Source of the DNA: Bacteroidales bacterium
GTDB taxonomy: Bacteria; Bacteroidota; Bacteroidia; Bacteroidales; UBA12077
Assembly: GCA_046545815.1 (NCBI GenBank)
Contig: JBKGZA010000001.1
Span: forward strand, 1,431-65,430
DNA: 64,000 nucleotides
Direction of reading: 5' to 3'
The notes under the pieces were generated by a model, which worked only from the letters and a program-made list of their open reading frames with translations, made no database searches and was not told where the DNA came from. The position numbers were made by a program, and so were the translations under genes. Of this stretch, positions 39,025 to 49,181 are shown piece by piece. The number at the start of each line of letters is the position of its first letter. Position 1 is the stretch's first letter.

Positions 39025-41532
39025 TTATTTGGATCCTTTGCTACCGGATTGGCCTTTTTTCTTCGCGGAGGAAGAAGAAGCCTGCTTCCCATTTTTTCTT
39101 TTGGTGCTTTGGGCACCTTTTTTCTGTGTATTCACCTTCTTTGTGCTCCCTTTCCCGGCAGACTGTTTTTTTGTAGTTTGCTTCCTTGCGCTTTTGTTTT
39201 TTGAAGAAGTGCTGTCAGTTGTCTGTTTTCCTGAAGATTTCTTCTGCTTATCTTTTTCCTTCTTGTTTTTAATCAACTCATAACACTCTTCAACAGTCAG
39301 TTTATCGGCCTCCTTTTTTTTAGGAATGGGATAATTGCCGTCTTTATAATTTATATATGGCCCAAACCGTCCTCTCAATATTACAAGGTCCTTGTCTTCA
39401 CTGAATGTTTTGATGGTTTTCTTTCTGTCTCTTTCCCTTTTCTCTTGGATAAGCTGAATCGCGCGGTCCAAATCAATTTTGAAAGGATCGTCTTCTCTTT
39501 TAAGGGAAATATTTTTGGAATCATGCTTCAAATAGGGTCCATAGCGGCCGGTAGAAACAATCACTTCATTTCCTTCATAGTTCCCGATATTCCTGGGCAG
39601 TTCAAACAATTTGAGCGCTTCTTCCAAAGTTATGGTTTCAATATGCTGCCCTTTCTGGAGGCTGGCGAACCTGGGCTTTTCCTCTTCATCTCGGGTACCA
39701 AGCTGAACCATAGGTCCGTAAGGTCCAATTTTAACAGAAACCTGCCGCCCTGTCTTCGGATCGGATCCCAGGATTCTTTCTCCTTTACTTCGTCCGGATT
39801 TTTCAAGGGTTTCTTCAACCTTTTCATGAAAGGGTTTATAGAACTTATCGATCATCTCCGACCATTTCATGAAGCCCTCGGCGATCTGATCAAATTCCTC
39901 CTCAACATTGGCTGTAAAATTGTAATTGACGATCTCTGTAAAATGTTGCTTCAGAAAATCGTTCACCAGCATACCAATGTCATTGGGGAACAACTTCTTC
40001 TTTTCGGCACCGGCCATCTCCGTTTTAGTCTCCTCTCTGATTCCCTCCTTATCCAAAACAACTTCCCGGTAATTTCTTGGTGTGCCAAACCGATCTTCCT
40101 TGACCACATACCCTCTTTCCTGGACAGTAGAAATAATCGGAGCATAAGTTGAGGGCCTGCCGATACCAAGTTCCTCCAGCTTTTTCACCAGGCTGGCCTC
40201 GGTATAGCGGGGCGGATGATGCGTGTATCGCTCTATGGCTTTAATTGTAATATAATTCAACTGCTGATCCTTTCTTAACTCAGGCAACAAGCCTTTGCTT
40301 TCTTCCTCCTGCTCCTCATCCGTGGATTCCATATATATCTTCAGAAATCCATCAAATTTCATTACCTCGCCGGTAGCAACAAACTGATTCGGATCATTGG
40401 AAATATCTATTTTTATGGTGGTTTTTTCAAACTCGGCACTACTCATCTGCGAAGCGACGGTCCGCTTCCATATCAGACTGTAAAGCTTTTTCTCTGCTTC
40501 CGAGCCAGACACTTCCATATTGTTCATATAAGTAGGGCGAATGGCTTCATGGGCTTCCTGGGCACCCTTTGATTGGGTTTGATATTGCCTCGTTTTAAGA
40601 TACCGCTCACCAAATTTCTCTTGAATGATATTTTTGGCGGAGCCAATTGCAGCATTGGAAAGATTCACCGAATCCGTCCGCATGTACGTAATTTTACCCG
40701 CCTCATAAAGCCGTTGGGCAAGGCTCATGGTACGCGCAACCGAGAATCCCAACTTCCGGCTGGCTTCCTGTTGTAATGTAGAGGTGGTAAAAGGGGGTGA
40801 CGGATTTCTTTTGGTGGGCTTTTTCTGCACATCAGCCACCGTAAATTCAGCGTTCTTGGCATGTTTCAATACATTTAAAGCTTCCTCCCTGTTATCCAGT
40901 CTCTTTGACAAATCGGCTGAAAATTCACTTTTTCCGTCGGTGAAGTGGCCGGTTAATTTAAAGGAAGAAGTGGGCTTAAAATTCATGATTTCTCTTTCCC
41001 TTTCCACTATGAGGCGGAGTGCAGCCGATTGCACCCGGCCTGCAGAAAGGGAAGGCTTAATCTTTTTCCACAACACCGGGGAAAGCTCAAAACCCACAAG
41101 CCGGTCCATTATACGGCGGGCCTGCTGAGCTTTTACCAGGTTCATGTCAATGGAACGCGGATTTTTGATGGCTTCCTGGATGGCTTCCTGAGTAATCTCA
41201 TGAAAAACTATCCGCCTTGTTTTTTCCGGAGTCAGTTCAAGCACTTTATAAAGATGCCATGCAATGGCTTCTCCCTCACGATCCTCATCCGCAGCCAACC
41301 AAACAATCTTGGCCTTTGCTGCCAGTTCTTTCAGTTCCTCAACTACCTCTTTTTTATCCTCAGGTATAACATATTTCGGCTGATAATCGTTAGTAATATC
41401 GATGCCATAGTTCTTTTTTTCAAGATCTCTTATATGTCCGTAACTGGATTTAACAAGATAGTTCTTCCCCAAAAATTTTTTTATAGTTTTGGCCTTTGCG
41501 GGGGACTCTACGATAACTAAGTTATCTTCCAT
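39025..41532 (-). CDS. topA: DNA topoisomerase I with Lys/Ser-rich C-terminal tail
   Basis: Toprim N-terminus LVIVESPAKAKTIKKFLG and an active-site region around ITYMRTDS. Start placed at the ATG at 41532 (MEDNLVIVESPAKAK). Confidence 0.95.
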   Translation of the reverse strand: MEDNLVIVESPAKAKTIKKFLGKNYLVKSSYGHIRDLEKKNYGIDITNDYQPKYVIPEDKKEVVEELKELAAKAKIVWLAADEDREGEAIAWHLYKVLELTPEKTRRIVFHEITQEAIQEAIKNPRSIDMNLVKAQQARRIMDRLVGFELSPVLWKKIKPSLSAGRVQSAALRLIVEREREIMNFKPTSSFKLTGHFTDGKSEFSADLSKRLDNREEALNVLKHAKNAEFTVADVQKKPTKRNPSPPFTTSTLQQEASRKLGFSVARTMSLAQRLYEAGKITYMRTDSVNLSNAAIGSAKNIIQEKFGERYLKTRQYQTQSKGAQEAHEAIRPTYMNNMEVSGSEAEKKLYSLIWKRTVASQMSSAEFEKTTIKIDISNDPNQFVATGEVMKFDGFLKIYMESTDEEQEEESKGLLPELRKDQQLNYITIKAIERYTHHPPRYTEASLVKKLEELGIGRPSTYAPIISTVQERGYVVKEDRFGTPRNYREVVLDKEGIREETKTEMAGAEKKKLFPNDIGMLVNDFLKQHFTEIVNYNFTANVEEEFDQIAEGFMKWSEMIDKFYKPFHEKVEETLEKSGRSKGERILGSDPKTGRQVSVKIGPYGPMVQLGTRDEEEKPRFASLQKGQHIETITLEEALKLFELPRNIGNYEGNEVIVSTGRYGPYLKHDSKNISLKREDDPFKIDLDRAIQLIQEKRERDRKKTIKTFSEDKDLVILRGRFGPYINYKDGNYPIPKKKEADKLTVEECYELIKNKKEKDKQKKSSGKQTTDSTSSKNKSARKQTTKKQSAGKGSTKKVNTQKKGAQSTKRKNGKQASSSSAKKKGQSGSKGSK

Positions 41533-41625
41533 AGATATTGCGCTGTTTGTGAAACAAATTGAAGGCAAAATTAAAACTTTTAAAAATCTAATGTCAAATT
41601 TAGACCAATTTATTATAATTAAACT

Positions 41626-43980
41626 ATGAAATTCAAAATCAATTATAGCAAAAAGTTTTACGTCAGGTTATTCTGGACATTGTTTGCTTTACCTTTTGTT
41701 TCTTTGTTTGTTATATTTTTCCTCATCTCTCAGGATGTGTTCGGTCCCATACCAGGATTCGAGCAACTTGAAAATCCTGAAAACAACCTGGCCTCAGACG
41801 TTTACTCCGAAGACGGGGAGCTTTTGGGCAAGTATTATTATCAAAACAGATCCTATGTAGATTTTAAGGAAATATCTGATGACATAGTGAATGCTTTGAT
41901 TGCCACAGAAGATATACGTTTTCATGAACACTCCGGAATTGATGCAAGGGGGCTTGCCAGAGTATTTGTCAAAACCCTGTTGTTGGGAAAAAATTCGGGA
42001 GGCGGCAGCACCATCACACAGCAACTTGCAAAAAACCTTTTCCCGAGGGATACAGAAGTTTATAGCTCACAAATAGCTTATGCAACCAACCTTGCACTGA
42101 CCAAATTCAAGGAATGGATTACAGCGGCAAAGCTGGAAAGAAATTACACCAAGAAGGAGATTCTGGTAATGTACCTTAACACCGTACCTTTCGGGGGAAT
42201 GACCTATGGAGTCAAGTCAGCATCCAGAACTTACTTCAATACCCCCACCGATTCATTAAAGATTGAGGAAGCTGCTACACTCGTAGGCATGCTCAAGGCT
42301 CCATCCAAATTCAGCCCTTTGCGCAATCCCGATGGCTCAAAAAGAAGACGGAATATTGTTCTGAACCAAATGGAGAAGTACGACTACATCACCTCCAGCC
42401 AATATGATTCTTTAAGTTCTCTCCCTTTAGAAGTCAGCCATGTGACGGAAGATCATAATGAAGGGCTCGCCAGTTATTTCAGAGAATATTTAAGAGACCT
42501 TCTCACAGCAGAAGAACCCAAAAAAAGCGAGTATTCAAACATGGAAAACTACCGGAAGGACTCCACAAAATGGGACAACAATCCCATTTATGGATGGTGC
42601 AATAAAAACACCAAACCAGACGGCTCCCATTACGATCTTTACAGGGACGGACTTCAAATCCATACCACCATCCATTCGAAACTTCAGGAATATGCAGAAC
42701 AATCGGTAAAGGAACACCTGGGAGATGAGCTTCAGGAACAGTTCTTCGAACACGTGGAAGGTGAGAAAAATGCACCTTTTTCCGAAGATATGGATAAAGA
42801 ACAGATTGATGATATTATCCGCCGGGCCATGAGGAATACAGACCGCTATAAATCCTTAAAACAAAAAGGTATAAGCGAGGACTCCATTCAGGAGAACTTT
42901 GAAAGATCCCGCGAAATGAGGGTTTTTTCATGGGATGGCGAAAAAGATACCGTCATGAGTCCTATGGATTCGATATGGTATCACAAGCATTTCCTGAGGG
43001 CCGGCTTTATGTCCATGAATCCCAATAACGGACAGGTAAAAGCCTATGTAGGGGGGCCGGAACACAAGTATTTCAAATACGACCAGATATCGCAGGGAGC
43101 CAGACAAATCGGTTCGACCATCAAGCCTTTCCTTTATACATTGGCCATGCAGGAAGGCTATTCTCCCTGCCATAAGGTACCCAATGTTCCAAGCACTTTT
43201 TATGAAGAAGACTCTACATGGACTCCGAAAAATTCCGGTCCATCGGATAAGGATGGGGAAATGGTAACTCTAAAGTGGGGACTTACCCATTCAGTTAACT
43301 ATATATCAGCCTGGTTGATCAAACAGTTCAACCCGCAATCTGTTATCAATGTGATGCGCAAAATGGGTATACACAGGGATATCGATCCCGTACCTTCAAT
43401 ATTCCTGGGAACAGCGGATATCTCCCTCAAAGAAATGGTAGGTGCTTACAGCACTTATGCCAACAAAGGCGTATATATCGAACCTCGGTATATCACAAAA
43501 ATAGAAGACCGCAACGGAAACCTGCTGGCTGATTTCAATCCCAGGGAAAGTGAGGCGATCAGTGAGCAAACCGCTTACCTGATGACCAACCTTCTGCAAG
43601 GTGTGGTCCAGGATGGTACCGGCGTACGGCTGCGGGATAAATATGAGTTCATGAATCCGATAGCAGGAAAAACAGGAACCACTCAGAACCAATCAGACGG
43701 ATGGTTTATGGGCGTTACACCCAACCTGGTCTCAGGAGCATGGGTCGGCGGAGAAAACAGGAGCATCCACTTTGACAGCATCACACTGGGCCAGGGTGCG
43801 AATATGGCTCTTCCCATATGGGCAGAGTATATGACAAAAGTGTATGAGGATTCCACACTGACCAATATAGTAGCCAAACAAGACACTTTTGAGCGCCCAG
43901 CTGACTTCAATTATGATCTGGATTGTGATGATGTAGACACAGAGGGCCCCAAAGATCGCATTGATGATGATTTCTTCTAA
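41626..43980 (+). CDS. mrcA: Class A penicillin-binding protein (PBP1A; glycosyltransferase + transpeptidase)
   Basis: GT51 motifs (EDIRFHEHSGID, GGSTITQQLAKN) and transpeptidase motifs SxxK (GSTIKP) and KTGTT. Confidence 0.92.
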   Translation: MKFKINYSKKFYVRLFWTLFALPFVSLFVIFFLISQDVFGPIPGFEQLENPENNLASDVYSEDGELLGKYYYQNRSYVDFKEISDDIVNALIATEDIRFHEHSGIDARGLARVFVKTLLLGKNSGGGSTITQQLAKNLFPRDTEVYSSQIAYATNLALTKFKEWITAAKLERNYTKKEILVMYLNTVPFGGMTYGVKSASRTYFNTPTDSLKIEEAATLVGMLKAPSKFSPLRNPDGSKRRRNIVLNQMEKYDYITSSQYDSLSSLPLEVSHVTEDHNEGLASYFREYLRDLLTAEEPKKSEYSNMENYRKDSTKWDNNPIYGWCNKNTKPDGSHYDLYRDGLQIHTTIHSKLQEYAEQSVKEHLGDELQEQFFEHVEGEKNAPFSEDMDKEQIDDIIRRAMRNTDRYKSLKQKGISEDSIQENFERSREMRVFSWDGEKDTVMSPMDSIWYHKHFLRAGFMSMNPNNGQVKAYVGGPEHKYFKYDQISQGARQIGSTIKPFLYTLAMQEGYSPCHKVPNVPSTFYEEDSTWTPKNSGPSDKDGEMVTLKWGLTHSVNYISAWLIKQFNPQSVINVMRKMGIHRDIDPVPSIFLGTADISLKEMVGAYSTYANKGVYIEPRYITKIEDRNGNLLADFNPRESEAISEQTAYLMTNLLQGVVQDGTGVRLRDKYEFMNPIAGKTGTTQNQSDGWFMGVTPNLVSGAWVGGENRSIHFDSITLGQGANMALPIWAEYMTKVYEDSTLTNIVAKQDTFERPADFNYDLDCDDVDTEGPKDRIDDDFF

Positions 43981-43987
43981 TCCCGGA

Positions 43988-45700
43988 TCAAATGGCCGGT
44001 ATGGAACTGAGTAATTTACGGGTATATGCATCATCAGGGGAATCAAAGACACGGCTTGATTCCCCTATTTCTATAATCCTTCCGTCTTTCATCACAGCCA
44101 CCCGATCCGACATAAAACGGACCACGGAAAAATCATGGGTGATGAACACATAGGTCAGGTTATAGTTCTTTTTCAAATCCTGAAGCAAATTCAATACCTC
44201 AGCCTGAATCGAGACATCCAGTGCGGAAACGGCTTCATCACATATAATAAACTCAGGATTTAATGCCAGTACCCTGGCAATGGCCACCCTTTGCCGCTGG
44301 CCTCCGGACAATTCGTGGGGATAACGGTTATAAAAATCAGCGCCCAGCCTAACATCGTCAAGCAGATTAAGCGTCCGATCCTTTCTCTCCCGGCGATTCG
44401 CATAGTATCCATAATACTGAAGGGGTTCGGAGATCATCTTTCCTGCAGATTGCCTGGGATTAAGTGTTGAATAAGGATCCTGGAAAATAATCTGCACCTT
44501 TTGCCTGAAAAGCCGCATATCCTGTCGTGTAAAACTGGTGAAATCCTTGTTTTTAAATACAATATTGCCTTCATCATAGGAAAGCAGCCTCATGAGAATC
44601 CTGGCCAGTGTTGATTTACCGCTACCCGACTCACCGACCAGTCCCAGCGTTTCCCTGTAAAATATATCCAGAGATACCTGATTGATCGCGGGCAAAAAAT
44701 TCGTAGGCTTGCCAAAAAAATTCCTTTTCAGGGGAAAAGCTTTAGAAACATTCTGGAGGCTAAACATTTTTTGAACTTTCTGACCATGCACGTTTGGCGA
44801 AGGCAATTTGGGCTTTTTAAGTGTGAAAGGTGCATCGGAACCCGGCCGCTCAATGTCCATAAAATCTCCCAAAGTGTGTAGTCTTTCCGGTTTTCTGTCC
44901 AATGGCGGCTTACAGGCAATCAAACCTTTGGTATAAGCATTTACCGGAGCGTGAATGATCTGTTCGCGCGCGCCCTTCTCCACAATCCTGCCGTTATACA
45001 TCACAGCCATCACATCAGCAACCTGGGAAACTACGGCCAGATCATGGGAAATAAAGATCAGGCTCATACCGTATCGTTGCTTTAAACCCTTCAGCAAATT
45101 AAGTATGGACTTCTGTATGGTCACATCCAGTGCAGTAGTAGGCTCATCGGCTATAAGGAGATCGGGATCACAGGATATGGCCATGGCGATCATTACCCTT
45201 TGCCGCTGCCCCCCGGAAAGCTCATGGGGATAACTTTCGAAAATCCTTCCGGGATCGGGAAGCTCTACCTCCAGAAAGAGATGCTCAGCCTTTTCCCGGG
45301 CCTCTTCCCTGGAATATCGTAAATGTTTGATCATGATTTCTGATACCTGGTTTCCACAGGTATAAACCGGGTTTAATGATGTCATGGGCTCCTGGAATAT
45401 CATAGAAATGCGGTTGCCCCTGATATTCCGTACCAGTTTAGGATCGGCCCGTAAAATATCCACCCAATGATCTTTTTCCAGCCGAAAGTTTACCGATCCA
45501 CTAAAAACTTTGGCTGAAGAAGACAATAAATTCATAACGGAAAGGGCGGTCACCGATTTGCCGGATCCTGACTCCCCCACAATACCTATGGTTTTTCCCA
45601 GCTCAATGTCCAGATTCACCTCACTGACGGCATAAAAGTCACCCTCATTGGAGGGAAAGCCGATGGTTAGGTCTTTTATGGATAAAAGGAAATCGTTCAT
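43988..45700 (-). CDS. ABC ATPase with two fused nucleotide-binding domains (oligopeptide/YejF-like type)
   Basis: Two Walker A motifs (GESGSGKS, twice) and two LSGGQRQR signatures. No permease or binding-protein gene nearby. Confidence 0.85.
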   Translation of the reverse strand: MNDFLLSIKDLTIGFPSNEGDFYAVSEVNLDIELGKTIGIVGESGSGKSVTALSVMNLLSSSAKVFSGSVNFRLEKDHWVDILRADPKLVRNIRGNRISMIFQEPMTSLNPVYTCGNQVSEIMIKHLRYSREEAREKAEHLFLEVELPDPGRIFESYPHELSGGQRQRVMIAMAISCDPDLLIADEPTTALDVTIQKSILNLLKGLKQRYGMSLIFISHDLAVVSQVADVMAVMYNGRIVEKGAREQIIHAPVNAYTKGLIACKPPLDRKPERLHTLGDFMDIERPGSDAPFTLKKPKLPSPNVHGQKVQKMFSLQNVSKAFPLKRNFFGKPTNFLPAINQVSLDIFYRETLGLVGESGSGKSTLARILMRLLSYDEGNIVFKNKDFTSFTRQDMRLFRQKVQIIFQDPYSTLNPRQSAGKMISEPLQYYGYYANRRERKDRTLNLLDDVRLGADFYNRYPHELSGGQRQRVAIARVLALNPEFIICDEAVSALDVSIQAEVLNLLQDLKKNYNLTYVFITHDFSVVRFMSDRVAVMKDGRIIEIGESSRVFDSPDDAYTRKLLSSIPAI

Positions 45701-47055
45701 GAAGAACCCCCAAATAGTTTAGAAAACAACTGTCCTACCGTATTGACGTATTCAAGACCAATTCTGGTCCTATCCGACTGTATGGAATTATACCCGGACA
45801 GGAACATCCTTTGATACCCGAGCTTTTCCGCCTCCTGCACCCGCTTTTCAATTTGCGTCACTGCACGTATTTCTCCGGACAACCCTACCTCTCCAGCAAA
45901 GCAGGTTTTCATATCCACAGGCTTGTCCATAAATGAGGAAAGAATAGAAGAAACAATCGCCAGGTCAATGGCAGGGTCCTCCACCTTAATGCCCCCGGCC
46001 AGGTTCAGAAAAACATCTTTATTGAATAAATTCAGGCTGGCCCTTTTCTCAAGAACAGCCAACAGCATGGACAAGCGCCTGGTGTCAAAACCCGTGCTAG
46101 TGCGTTGGGGTGTACCATATGAGGCTGGGCTTACCAACGACTGGATCTCCACCAGAAAAGGCCTGATTCCATTTATAGTGGAGGCAATGGCAATGCCGCT
46201 CAAATCACTGTGAAACTGGTTTACCAAATGTTTGGAGGGATTAAGCACCTCCTCCAAACCCAACTGGCTCATTTCAAATATCCCGAGCTCACTGGTGGAA
46301 CCGAATCGATTCTTTAAAGCCCTTAAAACCCTATATACATAATTGTGGTCGCCTTCAAACTGAAGCACCACATCTACGATATGTTCCAGAACTTTAGGAC
46401 CTGCTATGCTGCCCTCTTTGTTAATGTGCCCGATGGTCAGAACCGGGATGGAAGTGGACTTGGCAAAATACAGCAAGCGGGTAGCCGAGTGCCTTACCTG
46501 GGAAACGCTACCAGGAGCAGAATCAAAATTTTCAGAGAAGAGTGTCTGTATGGAATCCACAATCAACAGATCGGGTGAAAACTTTCTGGTTTGTTCAATC
46601 ACCCGCTCCAAGGAAGTTTCATTAAGCAAATATATCTCGTTGTCGCCTTCATTCAGACGTTCGGAACGCAACTTAAGCTGCTTTAAACTTTCTTCTCCCG
46701 AAATGTAAAGCACTTTGATGCCTTTTAATTTGAGCGCCATCTGAAGAGCCAGGGTGGATTTTCCAATTCCCGGTTCTCCTCCGATCAAAACCAGGGAACC
46801 CGGAACCATGCCTCCGCCCAGTACCCGGTCCACTTCTGTGTATTGCATGGAGAGGCGCTTTTCATCATCAAGGGAGATGGAAGAAAGTGGCTGAATGTCG
46901 ACGGATTTTTCCGAAAAGCCTGAAGATTGCCCTTCAGGTTGTATGGTTTCCTCCGCGTAAGTGTTCCATTCATTGCAATAAGGGCATCGCCCAATCCATT
47001 TAGAGGATTCGGAACCACAGTTCTGGCAAATATATATGGTTTTTTTCTTAGGCAT
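45697..47055 (-). CDS. radA: DNA repair protein RadA/Sms
   Basis: N-terminal Zn finger CQNCGSES..CPYCNEW, Walker A GEPGIGKST, KNRFG motif and a Lon-like C-terminal domain. Confidence 0.95.
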   Translation of the reverse strand: MPKKKTIYICQNCGSESSKWIGRCPYCNEWNTYAEETIQPEGQSSGFSEKSVDIQPLSSISLDDEKRLSMQYTEVDRVLGGGMVPGSLVLIGGEPGIGKSTLALQMALKLKGIKVLYISGEESLKQLKLRSERLNEGDNEIYLLNETSLERVIEQTRKFSPDLLIVDSIQTLFSENFDSAPGSVSQVRHSATRLLYFAKSTSIPVLTIGHINKEGSIAGPKVLEHIVDVVLQFEGDHNYVYRVLRALKNRFGSTSELGIFEMSQLGLEEVLNPSKHLVNQFHSDLSGIAIASTINGIRPFLVEIQSLVSPASYGTPQRTSTGFDTRRLSMLLAVLEKRASLNLFNKDVFLNLAGGIKVEDPAIDLAIVSSILSSFMDKPVDMKTCFAGEVGLSGEIRAVTQIEKRVQEAEKLGYQRMFLSGYNSIQSDRTRIGLEYVNTVGQLFSKLFGGSS

Positions 47056-47276
47056 GATCAGGGATATAGCTTTTCTCTCATTGGCAGAATTTCACGCTTT
47101 TAATTTACAAATTTGAGTATAAAAGTTGGCAATTGGCAACTTCTTGACGAATGAGCACAGAATGACAATCTAATTTTCCTGCCAGCTGTAGCTTTCAGAG
47201 TTTGTCAACTGCCAATTGTTTTGCTAAATCTTATCTCCTTGAATTTGATTCTGCAATATAGTAAGCTGCCCTCTTA

Positions 47277-47777
47277 TCACTTCGTGCCTGTCTTTTGAAA
47301 TTTCTCAATAAGCCCACTGGTAGAATAGCCTTCCAGAAAATCAATGGTGACCACCTCACCCCCATATGCCTTAACCAAATCGGCTCCAACGATGTCTTCC
47401 ACCTTATAATCTCCACCTTTAACAAGTACATCGGGTTTAACCCGGCTGATCAGGTTATAGGGCGTATCCTCATCAAAAATGCAAATCCCTCCTACCTGTT
47501 TCAGGGAAGCCAATACCAGCGCCCTGGAATATTCATCCTGCAACGGCCGTTTATCCCCCTTAATGCTCCTGACAGAGCGGTCGCTGTTCAGCCCAAGTAC
47601 CATCATATCTCCCAATGATGCCGCTTTGGATAAATATTCAATGTGCCCGCGGTGCATAATGTCAAAGCAGCCGTTGGTGAATACAATCCGGTAATCTTTC
47701 AGCCTCCAGTATGTCAAAAGGGCATCGAGTTTTTCATCCGTAATGATTTTTTCTTTTATCACTTCCAAATAATCCAT
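47277..47777 (-). CDS. D-glycero-beta-D-manno-heptose-1-phosphate adenylyltransferase-type cytidylyltransferase (RfaE domain II-like)
   Basis: 166 aa. FTNGCFDIMHRGHIEYL is the HxGH nucleotidyltransferase motif. Confidence 0.8.
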   Translation of the reverse strand: MDYLEVIKEKIITDEKLDALLTYWRLKDYRIVFTNGCFDIMHRGHIEYLSKAASLGDMMVLGLNSDRSVRSIKGDKRPLQDEYSRALVLASLKQVGGICIFDEDTPYNLISRVKPDVLVKGGDYKVEDIVGADLVKAYGGEVVTIDFLEGYSTSGLIEKFQKTGTK

Positions 47778-47780
47778 GTT

Positions 47781-48800
47781 TTATGATTTATTGGGTTTTA
47801 AAGCTCGCCGGTTCTCAATCATAAGCATAATAAAGGACAGGGCGCCCAGGGTTATTGCGAAAATTGACTGAGATTCATGGGATAAAGTGGCATATGTCAC
47901 TGCATCTGCCCTGGAAACTTCATAAAGCGAAAGGCCGAGTGTGACTATCCAATGGAATGCCCCGATGCCACCCTGCACGGGAGCAGACATACCCAGACCT
48001 CCAATGACAAGCAGGAACATTCCATCCAGAGGGCTTAAATGAGAGGTAGATGGCAGGGCAAACAAAAGCACATAAGTCATTAAGAAATACATCAGCCAAA
48101 TGAGCAGGGTATGAAAGATAAAAGTCCACCGGTCCTTCATCCTGAAGATGGTTTTCAGCCCTAAAATTACGCCCCGAACCAATTCCTTTATCTTTCCGAT
48201 GACAGGGCTTTTAGAATATTTACGATTCAAAAACCAGACCAGGAAAATCAATGCAGCCACTGAAGCACCGAATATTACACCCTTAAGCAAGGAAAACTGA
48301 AAGAAACTGTCAATCCTGCTCAGGAAAGGCTCAAAAATGTTATTCCTGAAAAAAGCCCCGAAAAATCCTATTTTGGAAAAGAAAACAACAATCAATATAA
48401 CAAACAGCACAACAAGATCGATGGCCCGTTCTATGATTACTGTACCCAAAAGGGAATCGAGGGGTATCTTGTCGGAGCGCCGGAGTGTTCCGCAACGGCT
48501 GATCTCTCCGATGCGCGGAAATGCAAAATTGGCGGTATATCCAATCATTAATGCATAAAATACATGTTTTAACGGTGGATCGAAATTCAGGGGTCTGATA
48601 AGCAGCTTCCAGCGGTAAGCCCGGCTGACATAACCCACCAGGGCAAAAAGCAGGGCAAAAGCCACCCATTTAAAATCAGCCATTCGAAAACTAGAAAGCA
48701 GCTCCTCAACACTTACCCCACGAAAAGCAAAATAGAGCAGTATAAGCCCTATCGCAAGAAATATCGTGAATCGTATTATTCTTAAAACCGATCTTCTCAA
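47781..48800 (-). CDS. UPF0104 / lysyl-phosphatidylglycerol-synthase-TM-domain-like membrane protein
   Basis: 339 aa with about 8 TM helices. TTG start; no in-frame ATG near the N-terminus. Family assigned from memory. Confidence 0.6.
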   Translation of the reverse strand: MRRSVLRIIRFTIFLAIGLILLYFAFRGVSVEELLSSFRMADFKWVAFALLFALVGYVSRAYRWKLLIRPLNFDPPLKHVFYALMIGYTANFAFPRIGEISRCGTLRRSDKIPLDSLLGTVIIERAIDLVVLFVILIVVFFSKIGFFGAFFRNNIFEPFLSRIDSFFQFSLLKGVIFGASVAALIFLVWFLNRKYSKSPVIGKIKELVRGVILGLKTIFRMKDRWTFIFHTLLIWLMYFLMTYVLLFALPSTSHLSPLDGMFLLVIGGLGMSAPVQGGIGAFHWIVTLGLSLYEVSRADAVTYATLSHESQSIFAITLGALSFIMLMIENRRALKPNKS

Positions 48801-48805
48801 AAAAT

Positions 48806-49156
48806 CTATACCAGTTTATTGGTTGCAGTATCAGGAAATATCAGTATGGGTTGATGGTCACGGGCTTCCTCAAAATCCATGGAAGCGTAAGAAATGATAA
48901 TAATTACATCTCCGACAACCACTTTGCGGGCAGCAGGTCCGTTCATGCAAATCTCCCCCGACCCGCGTTCACCTTTGATCACATATGTTACAAGACGTTC
49001 ACCGTTACTGATATTGAGCACCTGAACCTTCTCATTTTCTATAATGTCAGCGGCATCCATCAAATCCTCATCAATGGTAATGCTCCCACTATACTGAAGG
49101 TTGGCGTCAGTAACAGTCACCTTATGTATTTTGGACTTCAATACTTCTATATTCAT
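48806..49156 (-). CDS. panD: Aspartate 1-decarboxylase
   Basis: 116 aa. [24 protein letters not shown] includes the self-processing Gly-Ser site. Confidence 0.95.
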   Translation of the reverse strand: MNIEVLKSKIHKVTVTDANLQYSGSITIDEDLMDAADIIENEKVQVLNISNGERLVTYVIKGERGSGEICMNGPAARKVVVGDVIIIISYASMDFEEARDHQPILIFPDTATNKLV

Positions 49157-49181
49157 AGCTGACCGATTATCCGATGCAAAG

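Noticed and set aside
39445-40152. Long ORFs antisense to real genes. Examples: 235 aa opposite topA, 234 aa at 54993-55697 opposite sppA, 194 aa at 6214-6798 opposite mreB, 177 aa at 3557-4090 opposite mrdA, and 183 aa at 49434-49985 opposite panC.
   Set aside because: Each lies entirely inside a confidently identified gene on the other strand. Their composition is low-complexity and unlike real proteins, with no recognisable motifs. These are typical shadow ORFs.
47136-47220. Near-palindrome aagttggcaattggcaactt and a related caactgccaattg upstream of radA.
   Set aside because: The symmetry is imperfect (G/C mismatches at mirrored positions) and the sequences are short. I could not separate this from chance in an intergenic region, though it could be an operator.
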